Assembly: GCA_964187785.1 (NCBI GenBank)
Contig: OZ076409.1
Location: 34,844,001-34,908,000, forward strand
Source: Amphiscolops sp. MND2022
Lineage: Eukaryota
Direction: 5' to 3'
Length of the DNA stretch: 64,000 bases
Position numbers and translations under genes: made by a program
Part shown: positions 25,937-37,570 of the stretch, one piece after another
Layout: each line of letters starts with the position of its first letter
How positions within the stretch are numbered: the stretch's first letter is position 1
The notes under the pieces: generated by a model
What the model saw: only the letters and a program-made list of their open reading frames with translations
Told to the model about the DNA's origin: nothing
The model's database searches: none

Positions 25937-28900
25937 CAAGACGCCCGCTGAGCAGCGAGATATTTACCGCCCCAAATTGTTCTAAAACTAAATAAACTTG
26001 AGGCTCAAGAATAGCCGATGCACTATAAAATCGCAAAGAAGCTCGAAGCAAGGAAAGCTTTGATTAATTTGGTCAAAGAGTTCCCCGTTGATTTGATAGC
26101 TGATTTCGGGTTGAGAAAAGTAGTTTTGCGAGCTGAAAGTTGTTTCGCCATCATAGAATTTCACCGGAAAAAAATCAAAAATTTATATTTTTTGTGATTC
26201 CTTTTGGGCAAAATGAGGGTTCCTAGTTTAGGGCGTATGTCTTGAGGTAATGTTTGGCACTGGGAAATGGGTAAAAGCTTGAGACTAGGTCCCTTGGAAA
26301 TTTAGGAAAGTTGAGCGATCCCGGTTTGTTATATTATTGCACATAGTTTAGCCAGAAGTGTCAAAACTTGGAAATCGTTTTGTCAAGGTTGAGGTCAATT
26401 TGAGGAACTTTTCTAACATAAATCTACAGATATTTCTTCATAATTAATCCTACTGGACACCTAGTTTAGCTGTTGTTGAAAGTGTACACCATTCTAACTC
26501 ACGACGTAATTCGAATCATCTTCCTTTGGAAGGCGTACCCCATATCTAGTGATTTTGCTTGGAGGGTATTGAGTATTAAATATTAGGTAAACGAGGTCGA
26601 AATTTACGCTTTCAAGTAAAGTTTTTGAAAGTAGGGCAAACAAATTTGTCTGATATCTTTTCGAAACACTACCCGTAGCTACACGTTTCAATCCTGGGCT
26701 ATTGATATTTCTTGATTGAAGTAAATTTTCGGAAAGGGTCCAAAATTGGGACTGTGTTGTAGAAAATAAGGAAGTTTCGGAAACTTTGACACCTTTGTTG
26801 TAAACTCGATGAACTTCATCCCACTTTTTTCCTAATTGCGTGTTGAATGCCCTATTGTTTTAACGCTCAAGTCTTTGGAAGAAGTTGTATTCTTCAAAAA
26901 CATTTGTGGTTTGAACAAACATTAAGATTAGTTTGTCAAACAACGTGCTTTTTGTTGTTTCATGGATTTTCAGGTCTTTTGAGGCCAATTCCAATAAAAT
27001 CATGCAGTTATGTTTTCAAATTTGCCTACTGGAGATACCCGAATTAGCCAATGTTGACAGTTTTTTAAACCATTTTATGCAAGGAAGTAGCTCAAAACAT
27101 TTACAAAAAATTGCGTAAAATTGTAAAAAAAACTTGAAATTTCTCAGTTTCTCAAACATTTGGGTCCTTCTGAGGAACGTTTTGGCTTGTTTTGAAAAAA
27201 CGTGCGTCTGACCTAGTTTTATCATCAGGAGCCGTTCGAAGCAATTATTTTACCAAAGTTTTCCAATTTCAAAAAATTCCCTGAAAGTATCTGCAATCGA
27301 CAAAATTTCAACTTTTTCGACTTTTTGCGGTCAATTTTGAGCCATTCTTCGACTGAAGTCTGCACGTACTTCTAGATTATCAAGCCTACTAGATTATGAG
27401 TTCAGTCTTTGTTGAACGTTCGCTGACATTTTGACTCCAAAACGATTCAAAAAGTACAAAAGTTGCACAAAACCGAAGATGTTGAAATTTTTCGACTCCT
27501 TTGGATTCATTCTAAAGTGTTTTTGAAGAACAACGCTGCAACAATGTCTTCAAAAAATGTAATGCAAAGCTCGTGCTTTCGTTGTTGAGTTGATTGTGTG
27601 GGAACTTAGAACGAAATCTCTCGAAAAAAGTACAGCAATTGCATCAAAAACGACAAAAACAGTCACATTTTTCACAGTTCAGGGTCAATTTGAGGCATTT
27701 TTCTAGTTCAAGGTGAACTTATCTCTTGACGAAAGCACACCGATACAACAATGCTCCAGGCGTTTTAACATTCTAATCCACGAAGTCTATCGATATTTTG
27801 ACAAAAATTGACCAAAAATAGTGATAAACGGAAAATTTTCGAAATTTTGTCTTTTTCGATGTCAATTCTGGACAATTTCATCTATTTTCTAAGCATACTG
27901 GACAACATATTCTTTCCATGTTGACCCTTTCCAACGTTCCAGTTGACGAAATATGTCAAACATTTGAAAAAGTGCATAAAATCTTTGAAAATTGAAAAGT
28001 TTGATGTTTTTGTCATTTTCGTTGGCAATTTGAAACATTTGCATTCAGAACATTGCAATTATCTCTTCAAAAAAGACTACTGGACAACCAACGTTTTCCC
28101 TGTTGACCCTTTGAAACATTCCAATCACGAATTCTGTCAAAGAATGCATAAATTCTTTGAAAATTGAAAATTTTGGGTTTTTTGTCATTTTCTGTATCAA
28201 TTTGAGACATTTTCTCTCAAAAACTGCACTAAACTCTTTGGAAAAGGCTACTGGACAACACAATCCTTGTTTGTTGACTCTTTCCAGCGTTGAAAGTCAC
28301 GAAGTCAGTCCAAACTTTAACAAAAATACACAAAATCTTTGAAAATAAGAAACTTTTGGATTTTTGTCATTTTCGGTGTCAATTTGAGACTTTTTCACTG
28401 AAAAAATTTGAAGAAACTCTTCGGAAAAGACTACTGGACAACACACTTTTTCGTTGTTGACCCTTTTCAACGTTCCAATCCACAATGTCTGTCAAAAGTT
28501 TGGAAACAAATTGCATAAACTCTTTGAAAAATGGTAATTTTTGATGTTTTTGTCATTTTCGGTGCCAATTTGAGATTTTTTCATATAAAAAACAGCTATT
28601 ATCTCTTCAAAATGCTTCCTGGATAACAAATTAGTGCCATGTTAAATACTGCATAAAAACGTTAAAAATCGGGAATTTTTTAGTTTTTTTCATTTTGGGT
28701 CTCTTTCTTTCCAAAAAAAACACATTTAACTTTTACTGAACAACTACTGGACAACCAATTCTGGCTTTGTTGGATCTTTTCAACAATCTAATCTACAACA
28801 TCTATCTAAAAAATGACAAAAATTGCAATAAAACGTTAAAAATGGGAAGTTTTTGCAGTTTTTACTTATTTTTGGGGTGATTTTAGGGTCATTCTGGGGT

Positions 28901-29095
28901 CCTTGGGGTGAATTAAAAAAGTCCCGAAATATCCAAAAACACAAATCGTACGATGCTATGCTAAAATTATGTGAGTTGATTTTTATGGGTAACACCCTTA
29001 TAGTTAAATGTAAATTTGGTGCTTGGTTAATTTTGTAAAAAAACCGTTTGATTTAAATTTTTTCCTTTCCCAAATGAAATATGGGCGGAAAATAA
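25937..29095 (-). mobile_element. 3.16-kb Helitron/Helentron-like non-autonomous element (family B) with asymmetric subterminal inverted repeats
   Basis: Left end A|CAAG-ACG-CCCGCTGAGCAGCGAG (hairpin)-A-TATTTACCGCCC; right end GGGCGGAAAATA-A|T (11/12 inverted match). Both ends match the 58059-58293 insertion. A|T target, no TSD. Confidence 0.65.
27830..28860. repeat. Diverged ~180-bp tandem array (about 6 units)
   Basis: CTGGA(C/T)AAC anchor at 27898, 28080, 28251, 28434, 28619 and 28747 (spacings 182, 171, 183, 185, 128), with recurring TTTTTGTCATTTTC and GTTGACCCTTT. Confidence 0.8.
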
Positions 29096-29254
29096 TAATT
29101 GTAGAAACGAATTTTCTTCAGCTCTGTGTGACTTTTTAAACGATTTTTGGATCTTTTCTGTTAATTACCCCCACAGTCAGCGGGAAAATTTTTATTCCCA
29201 CTGTCGCAGGACTATCGGTGCGAGATTTCCGGAGTGCAACGTAATTGAAGCAGT

Positions 29255-29940
29255 CAACGCCAGCATCATGATGAATTTACAGGTAATTGTGTTTGTAATT
29301 TATACTGCATTATGCGGTTTGTATAAAACAGCATATGCGGTATTCTTGACGAATCAGCATAATGATTTCATACATACTTCTGCTTATGCTCTATGCTGCA
29401 TTATGAGGTTTTCATTGAACAGCTTATGCGGTATTTCAATCAAAACAGCGTAATGATTCGTCACTCTGGTGCTCAGACATATTATGATGTACTATACAGT
29501 TTATGCGGTAATTTCACAAATTCAGCATGATGTATATTCAAAAACAGCACATTGAACACCAGCAGGACAGTGCTAGCTAATTATACTGCATTATGTTAAT
29601 AGAAAAACAGCATAACATCTACACGTGTGTTCATGCATACACTTCACGTCATAGTATGCGGAGATTCTATAAAAACAGCATGATGACCTTAATCAAAAAC
29701 AGCATGATAATCTTAATCAGAAACAGCATAACGATCATTCACACAGGCACTCACATATTATGATGTATCATATGGCTTATGCAAAAACTTCAGAAAAACA
29801 GTATGATGATGAAAAGTGAAAATAGCATAATGAATATATGTGCGTGCGGCGGCGCTAGTGTATTATACTGCAATATGCGGTTTTCATAAGACAGTATATG
29901 TGGAATTATGACAACAATCAGCATAATCTGCATAAAATTC
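29255..29940. repeat. Diverged ~281-bp tandem repeat (about 2.5 units) built from AAAACAGCAT subrepeats
   Basis: TTATACTGCA(T/A)TATG at about 29300, 29581 and 29863; many AAAACAGCAT(A/G) motifs. Confidence 0.7.
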
Positions 29941-30398
29941 CGCGTTAATCCGCCGCTACTACAGTGCTATATTTAAACTTTCTAGAAACATGATGTAACG
30001 ATTTATTTTTAACTTCTGACCCTAGAAACATGACGTTATGAGGATTTGCAAAAAATAGACCGTCATGCTACTAAAAATACCACCCAATGGAATCACTTGA
30101 AAAGAGACCCTTAAAAATCATTTTATAACCATCATTCAACAAAAATCTCAGATACGACGCAGTCACTCAATGTCACAAACGAACCACAATCCCAAAACTC
30201 TACAGTTTTCTTTCTCTGTAAAGACAATTTCTACAGTTTCATTTCACCCAAATATCTTGTAATTCAAAGATTTTTGCACTCATCAATGTTTTCATCACGG
30301 GAAACCAGAGAAATAGACGTTCAAGGACAGTAGAATCTCAGTCATCAGACAGAGACGAAAATACTTCAGATACAAGCTTCACTCAAGGTAATGCAACT

Positions 30399-30896
30399 TT
30401 GGTTGATTTTTCTGAAAATGTTGACCACATTTTTGACAGGAACTTAGATAGTGAACTAACAGAACCTTCGCAAATCAGTAATGAGTTAGAAGCGATAACC
30501 CAGAGATTGTCCGCGCAAAACAGTAATAAAATGACACAAATTGAACAACAGCTGAATAGTAATTTCAAAGAGATACTCAAAGAAATCAGAACAAATAGAG
30601 ACAGCAGTTTAGCAAATTATGAAACGGATGCTGAGAACAACAGACCTAGTACTTCAAATTCAGAAAACAAGTTTCTCAGGAGAAAACAAGCATCAAATAA
30701 TGAAATCGATAAAGACACAAATCAGGATAATCGCTTTCAGTCCACAGAAATGTATGAACTAAGGCAACCGTCAACTCCTTTTGGAGTTGTAAATGAGACC
30801 TTAGATGATACAATTATAATGAACGAAAACAGAGAGGAAGCCAATTACCACATCTCAGGTATTAGCGATGAGTTTCAGTTGCAGTTACAGTTATAA
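30399..30896 (+). pseudogene. Orphan 165-aa ORF, probably a retroelement gag-like N-terminal fragment
   Basis: The frame stays open upstream (TGNQRNRRSRTVESQSSDRDEN). Ser/Asn/Glu-rich with a coiled-coil-like segment (QIEQQLNSNFKEILKEIR); intronless. The assignment is inference. Confidence 0.3.
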
Positions 30897-32954
30897 AATA
30901 CTGCAATTTGATTCGTTGTTACTATTAATCGAATGATAATTTCACTTGACCGCTTAACTGGGTGGAGGTGACTCGGTGAGGGGGGGGGTGATTAACAGAA
31001 AAGATCTCGATTTCTTTTCTGTTAATTGGAGGTTCGCTGTTCCCGTTCTTTCATGTTTTCAGTTTATATAACGCGTTTTTGGAGCCTAAAGGGTCACATG
31101 TTTGGGTATTTTCAGCACTGCGACCTCTTCCGAACCAAAACGTTTCAAAAAGCCACAATATAGTTTTTTGTGATATTTTCAGTCCAGAGAAAGTCCTTTC
31201 TTCACCCTTGGAACTTTTCTGTTGTAACAGTTTACAGTGACCATTGGTGGAATTCCCTTGGAATTTTTTCAAGCTGCAGGCTTGCGCACAAATGTTGTTT
31301 TGACTTAGAAAGTTTAAGTAGCAGTCGTACGCTGCAGTTTTACCTATTGCGAATGAAATTTAAACAATGTTTAAGGTTGTCACCTACACGGTCACTTTGT
31401 TTTCAGCTTGACCTTCAAACTACTCCTCTGACGTAATCACCACGTCTCAAAAAACACTTTGAAGATAAGGCTATATTGCAGGTTTTTTAACTTAAGGGGA
31501 GAAACTGCATTGAAATGAAATTCGGACAAAATGTCAACAATTCAGATATAGCATCGAATTAAATGTTATATCCAAAAATGGTATTTTCATCGTTCAGTTT
31601 TAAAAATTACTTTGGTTAAAACAGATTTAAAAAACGTCGTACAATACGAAAAAACCAAATGAACAGCCCAAGTTTTTTCTAGAAAAAGGAATATTCAACC
31701 TCAACCATTACAAAAACACGCTAAAACACTTTATTCTAATTGAAAGGAGTGAATGCAGTGAAACTGGTCATGATAAAAAGTCTGCACAGTGTTCTTCTTC
31801 ATGTTTGTATATAAATAGTTTGCTGCAGCTTTCGAGGCTGAAATCGTATCTGAAGCAGTATAATATAGGATGGAGGTTATTGAAGTAGGATAAAAGTGCT
31901 AGAGATGAAAAATGTTTCAGGAAAGAAGAAGGTCCACCGAAATTAGTTCAATCATCGCCGGTGACGTGCTACATGTTGGCGGTTGTGAGATTTATGATGA
32001 TTCAACTCTCACATAAATTAGTGTGCAGCAGGTGTTATCCCAACTAACAACACTCTCAGCAAATTAGCTACTAAATTGATGATGTCATAAAAACTCCCAG
32101 CCTCGCTACCAGCGCAGCTCAACTCTTCAGTCGTGAACAAAAACAAGGATAGAAAATGTTGGAAAAATAGTTATTTCACATGTTTGCTGCAACAAGAAGC
32201 GTCTGCTGAATCAAACATCATATCATTCACATGCTTTTGGCCTCAAAGTGTGTGACTTGAACAAAGCTTGCTGAGTGAACGAGTGAACAGTTTTAAACAT
32301 GCATTGCTGCAGTTTTCGCACGCGGCGGTTTGTCAAAAAGTGACAGAAATGAAATGCAGGAACAAACATGTGACTATGTGATTTTGGCATGGATAAATAG
32401 AGAATGGAGTTAATAATTTGGTGAAAATATCAGAAATAGTCTTGGAAGTGTGGAAAGAACATAAAGTGACGCAACGCGGGTTCCGAATAATGCTGGGTTT
32501 GGAAAAATGATTGGAACAGATTCCATCAAAGGTGAATAGACTCCGCAGGATATCATGTTTATCTACAATTGCCAAACTTTTGCGGATCTTCTTACAAAGA
32601 TGTTTTTGAACCAAGTTCATAAACCAGAACTCGTTCTCAGAAAAACGACAATATTATAATGTTGTCGCTTTTCTGAGACCGAGTTCTGGTGGAGAAAATA
32701 TGCAAAATATCATAAAAAATTGGGCGTTTGGATAGAAAACAAGTTGGCATGCGGGAAAATAAAAAAACAAACGTTGAATGGTTTTCAGGGTTCAAAAGGC
32801 TATTTAAGACTATCTTTTTAGAAAATAAAACTCCAAATGCTCTCTAATTCCCATAATTTTTTTCAGGAATTTACTTCGCGAAATTTTCATTTATACCAAA
32901 CTAGGCCCACCAAATTTCCCATAACTATCTAGGTTTACTGAATTTTAACCCTGG

Positions 32955-33164
32955 ATGGGGGTCAATTCTGCGGGGTCTACTGCGTGTGAAGGAGACGTGG
33001 ACAACCATAAGAGGAAGAAGTTTCTCCTGACTGTCGGCCAAGACACAGTCGAAGATGTTATCTTGCACTGCAGCCAGACAGCCAAAATTGACATCCTTTT
33101 ACACGCAATCGATCTCGAATGTATTAGTGTGCTGCGCGAGTTACTTCAGGCTCCACAATTTTTG
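32955..33164 (+). CDS. TRPC: TRPC-like channel, first identifiable coding exon (ankyrin region)
   Basis: IDILLHAIDLECISVLRELL resembles the TRPC ankyrin motif D.LLHAI..E.V..V..LL. Phase-0 donor TTG|GTTAGT at 33164/33165; candidate acceptor TATCTAG ending at 32932; in-frame TAA at 32946, so the ATG at 32955 is the likely start. Confidence 0.7.
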
Positions 33165-34894
33165 GTTAGTGCTATCTGTCAATTTTCTATTGTTAGGAGT
33201 TGAGGTATTACTACGAGCATGATTACCGCAACCGAATTTAAAAATTCTTTTTGATTCCATTACATGAAATCAGATGATCAGGGCAATACTATGTGACTAC
33301 ATGCGAGCAACTACCGTCAGTCACTGCTTTTCATACAACGCCAAGCATGAAAAAGGCATGAAGTTCCCTTATGGACTAAATGATTTCATTCGGGCATTCG
33401 CTTGGAGTTCAATGATGCCTTCAATCCGAACACTGATTCTTTGGTGTCAACAAAAATAGAACTATTTTATTATTTTTCAGGTTCGATAAAAACAGGTCTG
33501 ATAAACGAATTTAAGACAAAACTGAGACCTCACGAATCGAACCCAAAAAAGTAGATGGATCGAGTGCTGAGGAATTCAATCTTCTGTGATTTTTGTTGAA
33601 ATGTTTCAAGTTTATCTAGAAAAATTGTCTGAAGATCAATAAAGGATCATAATGTCAAATCATGCCTTCTTATTATTCTCAAACTTGAATGAATTTTAAA
33701 TAGCCTTCAAAAGCCTGCAAGCTTAGCTGTGATTTCTTGACAAGACATTTTTTACCCAATCCAAAATTCAAATGTTCAGATTATAGTAGCTTTTTGATGT
33801 GTTTATAATGAATGTTTTAATCAAGCTGCTATGAATATTTTTAAACCATAAAAATCAACAGAAAGAGAAGAGTTTCAAGAGATTATATTCTCATACGATT
33901 GTCAAATTTTCGATTTTTGATCCAATTTTGTCTCGAGTAATTTAACAACCTGGCTCTACAAGCTTGGGTAACATGTGAATGCATTGGGGATTCAGATTGC
34001 TAAGGGTGTTGCTAAAGTTGTTGCTAATGAAGCACCCGTTGATTCGAAAGTTGGAAAAGTTTTCTATTCAATCCGTGCGACATTTGAAGATGTGTGTTGG
34101 TCCCCTGGGAGGTAGGGATTAGGATGCGGGAACCCTTTATGTGCGTGTGTTTGAGTGAGGTGGGTCTGGCGCGTTGGAAATAAGTTATTCGGGAGGGAAA
34201 GTGCAGTAGGGGCGGCAGGTATTAAGAAGAGTTTGTCACAAAAGTCTATACATGAGTGTCTTGTGCCATTTTTTGTGGCCCCCTGTGAAAGGAGAAAATT
34301 TGTTAGAGCTCCGTTCTCCTCACATGCTCTTTGTTGCATAATAAATGAAGTATGACCTGTCTTGTCGTCCAGCTATTTTGTCTTTTTTCTACAGCCATAG
34401 TCACAATTGCTTTCCCAACTTTGCAGCATAGGCTTGAATCACGTGACTTTTAACATACGCTTCACCGTGGATTCACAACTGCAGTATGCCAGTATGAATT
34501 TGCCAGCACGGTCAAAATATTCATCTGCAAACATGCCAGACAAAAGGGAGGCGCTTTCCGGACGCCTTCTGATTGCACTGATTGGAGTTGGCGGTGCTTA
34601 CCATCGTTTTAATAAGTCCCACACTCACACGTCCGCATGAGGGGCCTTTTCGGCCGAGACCACCAGTCAGCTCAATCGCAACAAACTTTCATTTCAGACC
34701 ACGATAATTTTATGCAAATATTTTAGATTTTTAAATAAAAACCTTTAAGTTTTAGCTGGTGAGTGCCGAAAGACCGTGTTGAGGGTAGCTAAAGTGGATA
34801 CTATAGTGATAGAGTTGAGAAAAAAATAGTTTTGCTCAACATCTTCAACGGAGTTTCACCGGTAGAAAGTGAATCCAAAGGGAGGTTGTTTTAG

Positions 34895-35025
34895 GATGTC
34901 ATCCAAGAAACCAGCCGCTCTGGCTATTTCCCACCCGACCTGACACCCTTGATGTTGGCGGCACACCACAACAACTACCAGATGATTAATCTGCTGTTCA
35001 AGCACGGGGCCAAAAAGATCCAAAG
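34895..35025 (+). CDS. TRPC: TRPC-like channel exon (last ankyrin repeat)
   Basis: TTTTAG acceptor. Encodes DVIQETSRSGYFPPDLTPLMLAAHHNNYQMINLLFKHGAKKIQ, matching the TRPC F.PDITP..LAAH.N.YE...LL..GA motif. Phase-2 donor AG|GTTAAT. Confidence 0.9.
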
Positions 35026-35309
35026 GTTAATGTCAGTCTTTTTCCTCTTACTTTGCGTTCTTCATTACCCACCTTATTCTTCTACCAATATCCAGTAGAC
35101 ACTCAATTATCAGAAATATAATCAGGATTTTAGTTGTTCCGAAAAAAGTCAAAAGCGTTCAAGCCCAAAATTTAACAATGAGGCTAATCAAAATGAATGG
35201 TTCAATAAAACACAAATTTGACTTGACAACATATTCTTTGAACTATTTCTCAGTTGGGTATCAAATAGTTTTTTTTGTATGAAGACTGAATAGTTCGAAA
35301 TATTTCCAG

Positions 35310-35399
35310 CAAGTTATATCAGTTTGAAAATGTTTTCCAGGGTACTCAGTGCTTAAGCACTGAGTACCCTGGAAAACATTTTCAAACTGATATAACTTG
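35310..35399. repeat. 90-bp perfect spacer-free palindrome centred on CTTAAG
   Basis: CAAGTTATATCAGTTTGAAAATGTTTTCCAGGGTACTCAGTGCTT|AAGCACTGAGTACCCTGGAAAACATTTTCAAACTGATATAACTTG. Confidence 0.95.
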
Positions 35400-36188
35400 T
35401 TTTCTCGGCTGTTGACCAGCGGCCCGCTTGTTGCCCTCTCAGAGACTACCGATGCTACCTCGGTAGCCCATCGGTAGAATTTTGGTGAATTATCAGTGAC
35501 CACCGGAAGATTACGATTAATTGCCGACCCAATGTGAAATCTTTTGTGATTCTAGACGTCAATTTTGCATTTTTCTGAAAACTTTGATAAAACTCTTGGC
35601 AAGATGATTATCAAGAGCGCCAAAAATATGTACGATCTCGCAAGATCTTGCCAACAGTTTCAAGAGAAAACCTAACAAATGTGAATGAAAATTGAAAAAA
35701 AAACTGAAGCAGAATAAAAATCGTCTCGAAGGTTTCAAGAGGAGTGACAGGAAACATGTAAGAATACGTTGGCAAGAATTTCAGGATAAAAATTTTTATC
35801 CTGAAATTCTTGCCAACGTATTCTTACATGTTCCCGGTCACTCCTCTTGAAACCTTCGAGACGATTTTTAATCTGCTTCAGTTTTTTTTTTCAATTTTCA
35901 TTCACATTTGTTAGGTTTTCTCTTGAAACTGTTGGCAAGATCTTGCGAGATCGTACATATTTTTGGCGCTCTTGATAATCATCTTGCCAAGAGTTTTATC
36001 AAAGTTTTCAGAAAAATGCAAAATTGACGTCTAGAATCACAAAAGATTTCACATTGGGTCGGCAATTAATCGTAATCTTCCGGTGGTCACTGATAATTCA
36101 CCAAAATTCTACCGATGGGCTACCGAGGTAGCATCGGTAGTCTCTGAGAGGGCAACGAGCGGGCCGCCGGTCAACAGCCCAGAAAACA
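35398..36188. repeat. ~790-bp spacer-free palindrome (arms about 395 bp, about 98% identical)
   Basis: Centre GGATAAAAA|TTTTTATCC at 35792/35793. The arms differ by about 6 substitutions and one homopolymer indel (A9 vs T10). Confidence 0.95.
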
Positions 36189-36909
36189 TTGCAAGTTCTG
36201 CAAGAAAAGTGTCAGCACAAGTTGAAACCAAACTTTTCACAAAAACTGTTATTCTTCAATTATTCGATGAAAGATTTTTACAGCTTTTTCTATTGAGATG
36301 TTGATGATTAAGCACATTCACCGGATTGGCCTGATGAATTTTTTTCAAACATACTGTTTCCATTGTTGCAAAATTTACAATGGTTGAAATAAGACTTCTG
36401 CATAGGTTTGATTGCGTTACAAAGTTTGTAAATTTCTGAAAACTTTGCTGGAACTATCGATTTCTCAAATTTAGTTGGAACAAGAGGGCACCGTATGAAA
36501 TCGGCACCCCACTTAAAGCTCAAAAGCACAAAGTCTCACTGAAATACTTAGTGTGGCTTTTAGAAATTTTTACATCTTTCACAGTGGCAAAAATATAAAA
36601 AACGGAATCTATAGCCTCGAAAACGCTTTTTGTCTCTGGCAAAGCTTTAAGAAAGACCCCAATTAGTGATTTTTTTCGAAAAAAATGCACAGTGCCAAAA
36701 AACCCAAAGATGGGCTTCTAGAAATTGACACAGAAGGGAACCCGTTGGTGAAATAATATAAATTTTCGATAAAACGTACAACGTGGAAAAACCCCAAAGG
36801 ACGGAACCCTTTGAGACGCCAAGGTTTGCAAACAGAGATTTCACTTCCTCGTTGTGCATCGAACCTGCGACCGTCTGTTTGGGCTATTGGTGACGTGAAC
36901 AAGTTCTGT

Positions 36910-37109
36910 NNNNNNNNNNNNNNNNNNNNNNNNNNNNNNNNNNNNNNNNNNNNNNNNNNNNNNNNNNNNNNNNNNNNNNNNNNNNNNNNNNNNNNNNNNN
37001 NNNNNNNNNNNNNNNNNNNNNNNNNNNNNNNNNNNNNNNNNNNNNNNNNNNNNNNNNNNNNNNNNNNNNNNNNNNNNNNNNNNNNNNNNNNNNNNNNNNN
37101 NNNNNNNNN
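36910..37109. other. Assembly gap (200 N)
   Basis: Run of exactly 200 N, a fixed length typical of scaffolding joins. Confidence 0.99.
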
Positions 37110-37307
37110 ATTTTAAGATATACGAAAGTATTATTTAACGTAAGTGTTCGACGTTTATTTACAAACATTTCCAACTGATACAATATCACAAAAACCTCGT
37201 TTGTAAACTCAGTTGCATTAACACAATGATGTTATGAAATCTAACTTTTGCCGGTTACTAATTAAGTTGCAGCATCAACTATATAACTATAACAATTTCA
37301 GGTATAA

Positions 37308-37570
37308 CAAGACGGGGACGTCTCAAGTGGGCGCTATATCTAAGGCTGAAATAAAATAATAAAATCGAAGGGGGAGCCTTTGGAGACAAAAAAATTAAAA
37401 GGTTACGTTTAAAAGTAAAAAACCAATTAGATGCGTTTCCCGGGTATTCGTTTAGTTTTCTTTCGTTGAACTTTAACGGTCGTCGCTTCGAGTCTGTCTT
37501 AAAAAAAGGAAAAAAACGAGTGACTGTAATAGTCGGGCTCTTTTATTAATAAACCGACTAAAAACAACTA
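37308..37570 (-). mobile_element. Helitron-like family A copy
   Basis: A|CAAGACGGGGACGTCTCAAGTGGGCGCTATATCTAAGGC terminus, then AATCGAAGGGGGAGCCTTTGGAGAC and AGTGACTGTAATAGTCGG...CCGACTAAAAAC, which are shared with 20170-20240, 40060-40350 and 47540-47890. Confidence 0.55.

Noticed and set aside
27830-28860. CRISPR-like appearance of conserved anchors with variable intervening sequence (also 46490-46830 and 63477-63650)
   Set aside because: Eukaryotic context, no cas genes, and the intervening segments are homologous to each other, so these are tandem repeats.
36811-37189. ORFs called across the N run
   Set aside because: Artefacts of translating the assembly gap.
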